A program made the translations under genes and the position numbers. The notes beneath the pieces are model-generated. The model made no database searches. It was not told the origin of the DNA and saw only the letters and a list, made by a program, of their open reading frames with translations. DNA of 64,000 bases, from assembly GCA_041491005.1 (NCBI GenBank), contig JBGPUE010000008.1:7212-71211 (forward strand). Reading direction: 5' to 3'. This stretch comes from Candidatus Binataceae bacterium (GTDB lineage: Bacteria; Desulfobacterota; Binatia; Binatales; Binataceae). This document shows positions 25,372 to 35,155 of this stretch, in pieces (the first letter of the stretch is position 1; every line of letters begins with the position of its first letter).

Positions 25372-26955
25372 TCAGCGGTACTTCTTGACCCGCGGCCAAG
25401 CCTGCTTGAGCGGCACCTTGAGCCCTCGGCAGAGGAACACGCCGGCGTGCTCGTCAGGCATCGAGTACTCGGTGCCGGTCATGGCAACCGTCTCGACGCT
25501 GCCGAAGTATCGTTTGTAGTTCTCGGCGGTGTCGCCCACAGCGATGACAATTTCGCCGGTGTAGTCGCGCGGACCCCACAACCAGTAATTCATGTGACCG
25601 CTGATCGCCTTGGGCAGACCGTAGCGCGGCCCAAAGAAGTCGATCGCGCCCGCTTCGCCATAGTTGGTCGTGAGAATCGCGGCCTTGGCGCGCTCATCGG
25701 GTGGCAGCGAATTGTAAACGCGCGCGACCGTCGCGGTCATCTCCTCCCATCCGAACATGTCGGCGTATTGCTGCGGGAGCGCTGAAAGTTTGCGGGTCTC
25801 GGTGCGCGGCGCTTCCAGGCCAATGAAGCGCTGATAGCGGATAAAGGTCTCGACCGGCAGGATCGGGAGCGCGAACGGCGCGGTGATCGCTCCGCCGACC
25901 ACGAGCAGCGCGGCGTATGCTGGACGCATCCAGCCGAGCCGGCGGCGCTCGATGAAACGCTCAATCACAATCGCGCCCGCCGCAAAGAGCATCGGGTAGA
26001 TCGGCGCGAGGTAATAGACTTTGCCGCCGAGCGCAACGAATAGCGCGAAGGCCACGACGTACGCCCATCCCAGGCAACGGTATCGGCGGCCCTCGGGTCT
26101 GGCGAAGAAGAACCACAGCCCGGCGGCCCAGATGGGAAAACTGAACGGCTGCTGCTGCAGGATCTGCGCGTTGAAAAAGCTCAGCGGCGTTACAGGCGTG
26201 TTCCGGCCGCTGGCCTTGACGTTGCTGATTTGTTCGAAGAACGGCCAACCATGCACCGCCTGCCAGATGATGTTGGGCGATGCGACCGCGAGCGCCACCA
26301 GCCCACCCAGCCAGAACCATTTGTCGCGCAACAGCCGGCGCTGCGGCGTGAGCATCAGCCCGGCGGCGATCGCGGCGCCGAAGAACAGCATCGAGTCCTT
26401 GTTTTCGAGCCCGAGCCCGGCGAAGAGGCCGAACACCAGCCACATGCGCGGATCGGCGCCATTGAGAATCCGGATCAGCGCGTAAGCCGTCCCCATCCAG
26501 AAGATCGGATCGAAGGCGTTCATCGAGAGAAAGTTGTCGATGCCGAGGTAGATGGGCGCGACCACCACTGCGATTGCCGCGAGGAAGCGCGCATAGCGTC
26601 CGCCGCCAAGCTCCCGCGCGATAAGCCCGGTCAGGATTACCTTGAGGCCCGCGGCGAGCGCCGGAAAGAGCCGGATCGAAGACAGCGAATCTCCAAATAG
26701 TGCGCGGCTGAGCCACGCGATCAACGCGACTATCAGCGGAAAATCGACATAGCCCCAATCGAGATGCTCGCCGGCGGCCATGAAATAGAACTCGTCGCGG
26801 AAGTAGCCGTAGCCTCGATTGGCGAACAAGTGGATCAGGACGATGCCGGCCGCGAGGCAGTAGATCACTGCGTCGTCGCTGAGCCACGCGCGTCGCGACA
26901 TCGCTCGGGTATCAGAAATCTCAGCGGGACTCGTGCTCATGTAGGAACGATGCAC
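25372..26955 (-). CDS. GT39-family (ArnT/PMT-like) membrane glycosyltransferase
   Basis: 527 aa and polytopic. N-terminal ..RGYGYFRDEFYFMAAGEHLDWGYVDFPL.. is typical of the dolichyl/undecaprenyl-phosphate-sugar transferases of the PMT_2 type. Confidence 0.8.
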   Translation of the reverse strand: MHRSYMSTSPAEISDTRAMSRRAWLSDDAVIYCLAAGIVLIHLFANRGYGYFRDEFYFMAAGEHLDWGYVDFPLIVALIAWLSRALFGDSLSSIRLFPALAAGLKVILTGLIARELGGGRYARFLAAIAVVVAPIYLGIDNFLSMNAFDPIFWMGTAYALIRILNGADPRMWLVFGLFAGLGLENKDSMLFFGAAIAAGLMLTPQRRLLRDKWFWLGGLVALAVASPNIIWQAVHGWPFFEQISNVKASGRNTPVTPLSFFNAQILQQQPFSFPIWAAGLWFFFARPEGRRYRCLGWAYVVAFALFVALGGKVYYLAPIYPMLFAAGAIVIERFIERRRLGWMRPAYAALLVVGGAITAPFALPILPVETFIRYQRFIGLEAPRTETRKLSALPQQYADMFGWEEMTATVARVYNSLPPDERAKAAILTTNYGEAGAIDFFGPRYGLPKAISGHMNYWLWGPRDYTGEIVIAVGDTAENYKRYFGSVETVAMTGTEYSMPDEHAGVFLCRGLKVPLKQAWPRVKKYR

Positions 26956-27069
26956 CGCTCACGGCGTGCGAGCGACAATAACATCGTCGCTGAGCGGGCG
27001 GGATGCAGCGCGCGCACTGCGTTCACCGCATCGTTCGCACAACCAATGCGCGTGCGATCCCGACCAGCT

Positions 27070-28671
27070 CTAGGCCGGCGCGTCCACTGTCAGCTGCGGG
27101 CTCCGCGCCGGCGGCAGATTGTCGTACAGATCGGCGATCAGATCCGACTTGAGCTTTGCGCATCCGGGATCGCTCCACAGATTGCGCCACTGCAACGGGT
27201 CCTCGACGATGTTGTAGAGCTCGCCTTCCGTGCCGTCGTAGCTGATGTTCGGCATCGGGGCCGGCGCCGAGCCGCCACGCATCCCAGCCAGCATTTGCAT
27301 CACCTGTTCGAGGTCGAAGCCGATATCGCGGGTGCTGCGTTCATAGACCGTGCATACGTAGCCGTCACGATAGATCGTCCGCATGTGCATCCCGATCTGC
27401 CTGAACTGGCTGTCCCATTCGGTGATCACGCGCTGGCGGCCAGAGCCCGGCGCGGTCGGTAACGGCGCGCCCTGCATCCAATCGGGTATGGGCACGCCGG
27501 CGATTTGGCAGAAGGTCGGCGCGAGATCGAGCTGGCCGACCGGCTCAGTGACTTCGGCGGGCACGACGCCGGTCGACGCCGCCGGACGCCAGATCAGCGG
27601 AATCCGCATCAGCGCATCGACGTGATAGGGCCCCTTGTAGAGCAGGCCGAAGTCGCCCTGCAGCTCGCCGTGGTCGGTCGTGAAGAAGATGTCGGTGTTC
27701 GAATCCCATCCGCGCTCGGCCAGCCGCTTGAGCACTCGCCCGCATGCTTCGTCGATCAATTCATTCTCGACATGGGTCAACGCGTTGACTTCGCGCACCT
27801 GGTCATGAGTCATCTGGCATGGGACGAAGGTGCCGGGGCCACCCTCGTTGTTGCCGAAGCGTCCCTCGTACCAGTCCAGCCAATGGCGCGGCTTTTGCGC
27901 GAGGATCTTCTCGATCTTCTCGCGCGACCCCGGATGACCGGGCGGCAGATCGAGTTCGCGCCATTTGACGCGGCGCGCTTCTGACGCCGGCGGGTCCCAC
28001 GGATGATGCGGGTCGGGGAAGCTCATCCAGACGAAGAAGTTCTCGTTCTGTCCGAGCGAATCGAGATACGCGATGGTCCGATCGGCGACCCAGTCGGTGT
28101 GATAGTGCTCGCGCGCGATCGGATTGTAGGCGACCTCGGGCGCGCCGGTGTCGCCGCCACCGCGTCCGCTCAAAATCGGCGCGAAGCCGCCGAGTTCATC
28201 GGGATGGTTCTTCTGCAGCCACAACGAGTAGTGCCAGCGGCCCAACGGGCCATGCATGGCAAGCTCCATGCGATCGAACCCGCGCCAGGGACCGGTCGAG
28301 CCCTCCGAGGCCATACGGTTTTCGTACCATCGTCCACCGTTGATGAAATCGAACGCCGGTTCGAAGTGCGCCTTCCCGAGCAGTGCCGTGCGATAGCCAG
28401 CCTTCTCCTTGAGCCAAGCCGCAACGCTGGGCGCATCGACGGGTAGCGGCACGCCGTTGGCGAACACACCGTGGGTGCGCACGTATTGGCCCGTGATCAT
28501 CGTCGAGCGGGCTGGCATGCAGACCGTGTTCTGGTTGTGGGCGCGCCGGTAGTTGATGCCCGCCCGCGCCAGCGCGTCGGCGACCGGCGTGTGCGCGATC
28601 TTGCCGCCGTTGCATCCCAGCGAGTCGTAGCGCTGCTGATCGGTCGTGATGAAGAGGATGTTGCGTCCCAT
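27070..28671 (-). CDS. sulfatase (formylglycine-dependent type)
   Basis: MGRNILFITTDQQRYD.., the sulfatase signature C-x-P-x-R in NTVCMPARSTMITG, and ..FFTTDHGE.. Confidence 0.9.
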   Translation of the reverse strand: MGRNILFITTDQQRYDSLGCNGGKIAHTPVADALARAGINYRRAHNQNTVCMPARSTMITGQYVRTHGVFANGVPLPVDAPSVAAWLKEKAGYRTALLGKAHFEPAFDFINGGRWYENRMASEGSTGPWRGFDRMELAMHGPLGRWHYSLWLQKNHPDELGGFAPILSGRGGGDTGAPEVAYNPIAREHYHTDWVADRTIAYLDSLGQNENFFVWMSFPDPHHPWDPPASEARRVKWRELDLPPGHPGSREKIEKILAQKPRHWLDWYEGRFGNNEGGPGTFVPCQMTHDQVREVNALTHVENELIDEACGRVLKRLAERGWDSNTDIFFTTDHGELQGDFGLLYKGPYHVDALMRIPLIWRPAASTGVVPAEVTEPVGQLDLAPTFCQIAGVPIPDWMQGAPLPTAPGSGRQRVITEWDSQFRQIGMHMRTIYRDGYVCTVYERSTRDIGFDLEQVMQMLAGMRGGSAPAPMPNISYDGTEGELYNIVEDPLQWRNLWSDPGCAKLKSDLIADLYDNLPPARSPQLTVDAPA

Positions 28672-28695
28672 CGTCAGCGCTCCTCAGTCAATCGC

Positions 28696-29286
28696 TCAGC
28701 TGCCGCGGCCGTCGACGATTTCCAGCAGCATCTCGGTGATGCGCAGCGTCAGGCCCCAGATAATCTGGCCGCCGTAGAGGATCGCTGGGAAGCGCCCGGC
28801 CCGGCCACGGCCCCATTCATGCTCACCGCGATAGCGCGGATCGTGCAGCGCAGAGAACGGCACATCGAAGATGTCAGCCACCTCGTCCGGTGCGGCGATC
28901 AGCGGCGACGACGCGCTGATCACACCCACGAACGGCGCGACCACCATCTCGCTGCTGAGCGTGTTCATCGTGGGCAACCCGCCCAGCACGTCAACTCCAT
29001 GGGGGTGAATGCCAACTTCTTCGTGCGCTTCGCGCAAGGCGGCGGCCAGCGGACTGGCGTCACCGGGATCGATGCGGCCGCCGGGGAAGGCAACCTGGCC
29101 GCGATGGCTGGCGACCGCGTCGGAACGCCGGATGAAGATCGCATGCAGCTCGCCCGCGCGCTCGAAGAGCGGCACCAGCACCGCCGCCGTAGACGTCTTT
29201 GGTTCGCCTTTGCCGCTGGCCGGCTGGCCGGCGAGCGCCTGCCGCATCCGTTCGATCTGGTCGTCTATCGCGTTACGATCGCTCAT
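28696..29286 (-). CDS. NUDIX hydrolase, CoA pyrophosphatase type
   Basis: Nudix box GGRIDPGDASPLAAALREAHEEVGI, preceded by ..IRRSDAVASHRGQVAFPGG (CoA-pyrophosphatase motif). ATG 29286 chosen. Confidence 0.8.
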   Translation of the reverse strand: MSDRNAIDDQIERMRQALAGQPASGKGEPKTSTAAVLVPLFERAGELHAIFIRRSDAVASHRGQVAFPGGRIDPGDASPLAAALREAHEEVGIHPHGVDVLGGLPTMNTLSSEMVVAPFVGVISASSPLIAAPDEVADIFDVPFSALHDPRYRGEHEWGRGRAGRFPAILYGGQIIWGLTLRITEMLLEIVDGRGS

Positions 29287-29437
29287 CTTTAGGCGACGGA
29301 AGCCGGCTCGCCCGGCGGTCGATTTGCACATTATCAGCACGCGCCCGCCAGATGCGACTTCATCGAATACTGGCGCTGGACCGCCGCGCTGGCTAGCTTA
29401 GGCTCGATGCTGCGGAATCTGCCGCGAGCCACACCAT

Positions 29438-30652
29438 TTGAACGAGGGGAGCTACAACAATCGGCTGCTGATTGGCCGCTATCACGAGATCGGCCTCAAG
29501 GGCGGCAATCGATGGCGCTTCGTGCGCCAGCTCGAGGACAACATGCGCGCTGCGATGGTGGACTGCGGCCCGGGACGCATCCACAGCGAGGGGCCACGCC
29601 TGATGGTCGAGCTGCCGCCCCATCTCAGCGATGAGCTGGCCGCCGAGCGCGCCGCGCTGGTCTTCGGCTTGCAGAACTTCACCATCAGCCACCGCGTTGA
29701 GCTCGAGCTGGAAGCGATCAAGCGCGCCGCCATCGAGGCTGCGCGGGGCCACGAGAATGAGAGCTTCCGCGTGCGGGCACGCCGCGACGACAAGCGCTTC
29801 CCGCTCAACTCGCTCGATATCGAACGCGAGGTCGGCGCCGCAGTCAAGGATGCGCTGAAGTTGCGGGTCGATCTCACGCATCCCGAGCTGGCCATCATGG
29901 TGGAGGTGTTGCCGCGCGCAGCCTACGTCTCCGCCGCAAAGTATGCGGGGCCGGGAGGGCTGCCGGTTGGCACCGGCGGCCGTGGACTGGTGCTGCTGTC
30001 GGGCGGAATCGATTCGCCCGTCGCGGCGCATCGGATGATGCGGCGCGGGTTGCGCGTCGACTTCGTACATTTTCACGCTTGGCCGCTGGTGACGAAGGCG
30101 AGCCAGGAGAAGGCGCGTGAGCTGGCCGCGATGCTCACGCGCTACGAGTTCCGCTCGACGCTGATGCTGTCGGCGTTCGGTGAAATCCAGCGCGAGATCG
30201 TTGCGCGCGCGGCGCGCGCGCTGCGGGTGGTGCTTTATAGGCGCTTCATGATGAGGATCGCATCGGCGCTGGCGGTGCGCGTCAGGGCCTCCGCGTTGAT
30301 CACCGGCGAGAGTCTTGGCCAGGTGGCTTCGCAGACGCTCGACAACATGGCGGTGATCGAGCAAGCGGCAGCGCTGCCGATCCTGCGGCCGCTGGTCGGG
30401 ATGGACAAGAACGAGATCGTCGATCAGGCCCGCGCGATCGGCACCTTCGATACATCGATCCTGCCCGATCAGGACTGCTGCTCGTTGTTCGTTCCGCTTC
30501 ATCCGGAGACGCACGCGCGGCTCAAGGAGGTCGAGCAGGCCGAGGCGGCTTTCGATATTCCCGCGATAGTGGAGGCGGCGATCGCCGCAACCGAACGTGT
30601 CCGGCTCAGCTTCCCATCCCCAGCTCAGCCCGAGATCGAACTCCGCAACTGA
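29438..30652 (+). CDS. thiI: tRNA 4-thiouridine synthase ThiI (THUMP + PP-loop, no rhodanese domain)
   Basis: ..YHEIGLKGGNR.. (N-terminal ferredoxin-like/THUMP) and PP-loop LLSGGIDSPVAAH. TTG start at 29438, so the exact start is uncertain. Confidence 0.85.
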   Translation: MNEGSYNNRLLIGRYHEIGLKGGNRWRFVRQLEDNMRAAMVDCGPGRIHSEGPRLMVELPPHLSDELAAERAALVFGLQNFTISHRVELELEAIKRAAIEAARGHENESFRVRARRDDKRFPLNSLDIEREVGAAVKDALKLRVDLTHPELAIMVEVLPRAAYVSAAKYAGPGGLPVGTGGRGLVLLSGGIDSPVAAHRMMRRGLRVDFVHFHAWPLVTKASQEKARELAAMLTRYEFRSTLMLSAFGEIQREIVARAARALRVVLYRRFMMRIASALAVRVRASALITGESLGQVASQTLDNMAVIEQAAALPILRPLVGMDKNEIVDQARAIGTFDTSILPDQDCCSLFVPLHPETHARLKEVEQAEAAFDIPAIVEAAIAATERVRLSFPSPAQPEIELRN

Positions 30653-30662
30653 CGCGTTCGCC

Positions 30663-32396
30663 ATGCGCGCCGGGCTGCGAAGTGCCGATCTCGCCTGGTT
30701 GTGGATCGGGCTGCTCACGGCGGCGGTGCTGTGCGCACTGAGCTTCAACACTCCCTTCGTCAAGGATCCCGAGGCGACTTACGCCATCGATGTACGTTCC
30801 GTGCTGCGCGGCAACTGGCTGCTGGCGCAGTCGCTCGGCCGCAAGCCGCCACTGTTCGCATGGCTGGCGGCGCTGTTCTCTGTGCCGCGTGGCGCCGTAA
30901 CCGAGGTGACGGCGCGAATGCCGGGCGTTATGGCCGGCGGCATGCTCGCCGCCTTGCTGTTCGCGTTCACCTCCGCGCATCTGGGACGCCGCGCGGCGAT
31001 CATGACCTGGCTGGCGCTGACTACGATGGGCGGTTTCGTCACCAACTTCGTCACCGTGCAGGTCGATCCTCTTTTGGTGCTTTGCATCTACGCCGCGCTG
31101 ATCGCGCTCTACCCGATCGTCGTCGAAGGCGCATGGCATCGGCGCGATACAATCGCCGCCGGTGTCGCGCTGGGAGCTGGGATGCTCAGCAAGGGGCCGA
31201 TTGGATTAATGATCGTCGTGCTGTCGATCGCGTGCTGGATGCTCGCGATGCGCCGGAACTGGCGCCGGCTCCCGTGGCGAACGCTGGCGCTGGTGATGGT
31301 CATCGCAAGCCTGATCGCAGTCGCCTGGTATGTCGCAGGCTATTCCAGCGGCGGCTTGCGCTTCGCGCTGGCGGCGTACGACGAGAATCTCGGCCATTTC
31401 CTGCCCGGTACTATGGGCGGGACCGGCGAAGCGGCGCGCCCCTTCTACTTCATCGCTGCCCGGCTACTAGGTGCTTCAGTGCCGATCGTCGCGTTCGCTC
31501 CCGCCGCCGTGATCGCGATGCGCCGGGAGAGCAATCGCGCCCGCCGCGAGTTTCTAGTTTACGCGACGATGCCGCTGTGGGTGGTACTCACCGTTTTTTC
31601 GCTGGCGTCCTCCAAGCGCGAAGTCTATATCCTGCCGGCGATTCCCGCGCTGGCGATCCTGGTGGGCAACTGCCTGGAGCGAATGCTGCAACGCAGGCTC
31701 TCAAGCCGCGCCGCACTGGTAGCATCCAACGCGGCGTTGGCCGTAGTGCTCGCCGCTGCGATGTCGATGGCGGTGGGAGTCGCGGTCTTCAGCGCCAGCG
31801 CCGCGACCCAGATGATGATGCTGGGCGCATCGCTCAAACTCCATCCTACCGATCGGCTGATTTTTGACCTTGTGCTTGATGCCGCCCGCAGCGGCGCGCT
31901 TTACGGCTTCGCGCTTTGCGCAGCTGGCGCCGCGGCCCTGATCGCATCGGGCATGTACGGGCGGCGCGGATGGGCCGAGGTGGCGGGCGTGCTGTGGTTC
32001 GCGATGCTTACCACGATGCTGTGGGCGGGCGGCCTGCGTCCGGCGCTCGCGCGAGTTCGCACCCAGAAGTACTTCCTGAGCGAGGTGGCGCGCCGCTTAC
32101 CCGCCGACGAGCCGGTATACGTGCTCAAGGAGCCAGACATCGAAGCCGAGTTCTATCTCGATCGAAAATTGCCGATACTCAGCGGAGCAGTGCTGAAGGA
32201 TCAGGACCGTCCCATCTATGTGCTGATGGCCTCAACCGATACTCCGCCGCATCCAAGCGGCCCGATGCGAGTCATTCTGGCCAGTGATCAGCGCGCCGGT
32301 CGCCCGTCGCTGACCTTGGCGCGAATCGATCCGCCAGATACAGACTCGGCCGCTCCTCCTGCGGCCGTGGGCGGCAGCCCCCAGCCCGGGAGTTGA
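30663..32396 (+). CDS. GT39-family (ArnT-like) membrane glycosyltransferase, second paralog
   Basis: Polytopic, with ..RKPPLFAWLAALF.., ..LSKGPIGL.. and many TM helices. ATG 30663 was chosen to avoid overlap with thiI. Confidence 0.75.
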   Translation: MRAGLRSADLAWLWIGLLTAAVLCALSFNTPFVKDPEATYAIDVRSVLRGNWLLAQSLGRKPPLFAWLAALFSVPRGAVTEVTARMPGVMAGGMLAALLFAFTSAHLGRRAAIMTWLALTTMGGFVTNFVTVQVDPLLVLCIYAALIALYPIVVEGAWHRRDTIAAGVALGAGMLSKGPIGLMIVVLSIACWMLAMRRNWRRLPWRTLALVMVIASLIAVAWYVAGYSSGGLRFALAAYDENLGHFLPGTMGGTGEAARPFYFIAARLLGASVPIVAFAPAAVIAMRRESNRARREFLVYATMPLWVVLTVFSLASSKREVYILPAIPALAILVGNCLERMLQRRLSSRAALVASNAALAVVLAAAMSMAVGVAVFSASAATQMMMLGASLKLHPTDRLIFDLVLDAARSGALYGFALCAAGAAALIASGMYGRRGWAEVAGVLWFAMLTTMLWAGGLRPALARVRTQKYFLSEVARRLPADEPVYVLKEPDIEAEFYLDRKLPILSGAVLKDQDRPIYVLMASTDTPPHPSGPMRVILASDQRAGRPSLTLARIDPPDTDSAAPPAAVGGSPQPGS

Positions 32397-32557
32397 TAGA
32401 GCATCAGGCCCGGGCACCAGGTTCGCCGATGCCGCGCGCTATCCGACCTCCCGCAACGAATCGATCTGCACAGACGCGGGCGATTCGATTCTCGGCCGAA
32501 TCTTGGTACAAGGAATGAAAGACAACGGTCTCCACGCCGGAACGAAGGCAGGCTGCC

Positions 32558-33607
32558 ATGCTGTTTCGCGAGCTTAACCGCGGCAAGTGCAAAACGTACC
32601 TGATCGGATGCGAGAAGACGCGCGCCGCCGCGCTGATCGATCCGCTCAAGGACAACGTCACGCGCTATCTGGCGGTGCTGGCCTACTACCAATGCCGCCT
32701 CGAAATGGTGATCGACACACACACACACGCCGACCATCGCAGCGGGACTTGGGAAATCCGCGATCTGACCGATGCGCGCATTGTGATGGAGCGCCATGCG
32801 CCCGCACCGCACGTCGATATGCATGTCGAGGACGGACAGACGTTGTCGGTCGGTGAGGTCCGGCTCAAGGCTTTCCACACACCCGGGCATACGCCCGACA
32901 GCATCAGCCTGTATGCAGGCGATCGCGTCTTCACCGGTGATACGCTCCTGATTCGCGGCACCGGACGCGCCGATTTCGCCGGCGGCGATCCGGCGGCCCA
33001 GTACGAATCGATCGTCGGCAAGCTGTTCACGCTGCCAGACGCAACACTCGTCTATCCCGCGCACGATTATCGCGGCAACACATGTTCGACGATCGGCGAC
33101 GAGAAACGCCTCAATCCGCGGCTGGCTGGGCGATCGCGCGATGACTATGTCAAGCTGATGACCAACCTTGGGCTGCCCCTGCCGGACAAGATCCAGGAGG
33201 CGCTGCAGCCCAACGAAACCGGCATCGACGACGATTCACTGAAGTTCCCCGACCTCGCACAGCTCAATCATGTGCTGCAACTTACGCCCGCCGAGATTCG
33301 GCTCAAGCTGGCCGCCGGAGATCCGCCGCTGATGCTTGACGTGCGCGAGACCGACGAGTTTGTCGGCGAGTTGGGCCATATTGCCGGCAGCCGGCTGATT
33401 CCGCTCAAAGAACTGCCCGCGCGTGCCGAAGAGCTGGCCGAAGCGAGGCACCACGAGATTATCGCGGTGTGCCGGGCAGGGGTGCGCAGCACCACCGCCG
33501 CTGCGATTCTCACCGCGCTGGGCTTCGAGCGGGTCTCGAATCTCAAAGGCGGCATGATTGCCTGGAATGAGGCGGGCCTGCCTGTGGAGCGCTCGACGCA
33601 TTCGTAG
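32558..33607 (+). CDS. MBL-fold hydrolase (persulfide-dioxygenase-like) fused to a C-terminal rhodanese domain
   Basis: HxHxDH motif (DTHTHADHRSG), ..TPGHTPDS.., ..HDYRG.. The C-terminal domain has the rhodanese active-site loop CRAGVRS. Confidence 0.85.
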   Translation: MLFRELNRGKCKTYLIGCEKTRAAALIDPLKDNVTRYLAVLAYYQCRLEMVIDTHTHADHRSGTWEIRDLTDARIVMERHAPAPHVDMHVEDGQTLSVGEVRLKAFHTPGHTPDSISLYAGDRVFTGDTLLIRGTGRADFAGGDPAAQYESIVGKLFTLPDATLVYPAHDYRGNTCSTIGDEKRLNPRLAGRSRDDYVKLMTNLGLPLPDKIQEALQPNETGIDDDSLKFPDLAQLNHVLQLTPAEIRLKLAAGDPPLMLDVRETDEFVGELGHIAGSRLIPLKELPARAEELAEARHHEIIAVCRAGVRSTTAAAILTALGFERVSNLKGGMIAWNEAGLPVERSTHS

Positions 33608-33620
33608 CGGGCGTATCGCG

Positions 33621-34019
33621 ATGAGCCTGCCGTTCAAGGTCGCCGAGCTGGATCACGTCGTGCTCCGATGCTGCGATCAGGCGCGCGCGCTCGAGTTCTA
33701 CACCGGCGTTCTCGGGCTCTCCGTCGAGCGGCGTCTCGAGCAGATCGGACTCATCCAGTTGCGCGCCGGCCAGAGCATGCTTGATCTGGTGCCAGCGCCC
33801 GACCGCGCCGCGCAGGGAGCCAACGTCGATCACTTTTGTCTGGGGATCGAGGCCGCGGACATGACCGAAGTCGCGCGGGTACTGCGCGAGCAGGGCATCG
33901 AGGTCATCGGCGACCCGGCGCAACGATACGGCGCGCGCGGAATGGGCCTGTCGGTCTATATCCGCGACCCCGAGGGCAACGTCGTCGAGCTCAAGCAGAT
34001 ACCGCCCGCCAACCGTTAG
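33621..34019 (+). CDS. VOC/glyoxalase-family protein
   Basis: ..LDHVVLRCCDQARALEFYTGVLGL.., ..VDHFCLGIE.., ..SVYIRDPEGNVVEL.. ATG 33621. Confidence 0.8.
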   Translation: MSLPFKVAELDHVVLRCCDQARALEFYTGVLGLSVERRLEQIGLIQLRAGQSMLDLVPAPDRAAQGANVDHFCLGIEAADMTEVARVLREQGIEVIGDPAQRYGARGMGLSVYIRDPEGNVVELKQIPPANR

Positions 34020-34069
34020 CGTCACGTCCCGAGGGCAGGGAGAGGACAAAGGCTGGCTTCGCGACCTTA

Positions 34070-34213
34070 GTCATCCTGAGCCGCAGGTGAAGGATCTCAC
34101 GAGGCGCGTTGCGCGCCTCGTGAGCATGCTTCAATCGGCGGTCCCTTCAGCCATGAGGCGAATCACGCCGCACAAGAGCGCGGCGCGAGATCCTTCGCTT
34201 CGCTCAGGATGAC
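34070..34213. repeat. family-A inverted-repeat element (long form) with a nested perfect hairpin
   Basis: Arms gtcatcctgagc[cgcaggt]gaaggatctc.. and ..gagatccttcgcttcgctcaggatgac. Nested 13-bp perfect stem ctcacgaggcgcg-ttg-cgcgcctcgtgag at 34096-34124. Confidence 0.85.
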
Positions 34214-34236
34214 GGCCGCGAATTCTCTCAACTCAT

Positions 34237-35040
34237 TTGGGCTCCCCGACGCTTCCGCCGCGCTTTATTTCCGCGCGGAAGCTGGCAGACTGTGACGCGG
34301 GCATCGTGCCAAGCCAAAAGATCATCCGTGGGGTGCTCGATCTCGTTGCCGACCTTGGCGGGACGGGCCGCCGGGTCCTCGATGTGAGCTGCAGGCGCGG
34401 CGAGTTGCTGAGCGAGCTTTTGAGGCGCGGCTTCGATGTGCATGGCACCAACTTCGAGCGCGGGCTGCCGCCAATCGAAGGCGTGCCGATCGACGAGGGT
34501 GTCGATCTCAATCGCGGCCTGCCGTACCCCGCCGATAGTTTCGATGTCGTGCTCCTCACCGAAGTGATCGAACATCTGGAGAATCATCGCGCCGCGATCT
34601 GCGAGCTTGCACGGGTGCTCAAGCCCGGCGGGTGGCTGGTCCTGACCACGCCCAACATCATGCGGCTGGATTCGCGCCTTGCCTTTCTGCTCTCGGGATT
34701 GCACAAGGCCAAGCGGCGCCAGATGCCGCTGGATACGCCGCTGGAAGCCGCGCATCGCTATCACAACTATCCAATTACTTTCGCGATGCTTTACTACCTG
34801 CTCAGAGTGAACGGCCTCGAGATCGAGCGCCTGGGTCATAGCGAGGTCAAGCCGATCGCCTACCTGCTCTACGGACTGCTCTATCCACTGGTCAGGGCTA
34901 ATACTGCGTTCAGATTGACCTATCGCGAGCGGCGCAGCCCCTCGATGGCCCTCAACCGCGAGCTGATGCGCTGGATGCTCGATCGGCGTGTGCTGTTGGA
35001 AGACAACCTGCTGATCCGGGCCCGCAAGACGGGTCCGTGA
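34237..35040 (+). CDS. class I SAM-dependent methyltransferase
   Basis: Motif I-like RRVLDVSCRRGELL, ..DVVLLTEVIEHLEN.., ..LKPGGWLVLTTPN.. The start is uncertain (TTG 34237 or GTG 34333). The antisense ORF at 34228-35061 is rejected. Confidence 0.8.
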   Translation: MGSPTLPPRFISARKLADCDAGIVPSQKIIRGVLDLVADLGGTGRRVLDVSCRRGELLSELLRRGFDVHGTNFERGLPPIEGVPIDEGVDLNRGLPYPADSFDVVLLTEVIEHLENHRAAICELARVLKPGGWLVLTTPNIMRLDSRLAFLLSGLHKAKRRQMPLDTPLEAAHRYHNYPITFAMLYYLLRVNGLEIERLGHSEVKPIAYLLYGLLYPLVRANTAFRLTYRERRSPSMALNRELMRWMLDRRVLLEDNLLIRARKTGP

Positions 35041-35155
35041 GGCGGCGTGGCCGATACGCAACCGGCGGCATCGAGCCTCTGGCAGCCTTGCGTTTGCTCA
35101 AGGCGGCATTACAATGCGAACCGCTTGATGCCACGGGGGATGAGGAGCCTCGACG

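Noticed and set aside
27697-27706. T-loop-like string gttcgaatcc, a possible tRNA
   Set aside because: It lies inside the well-supported sulfatase CDS, and I could find no acceptor or anticodon stems around it. No tRNA or rRNA was seen anywhere in the window.
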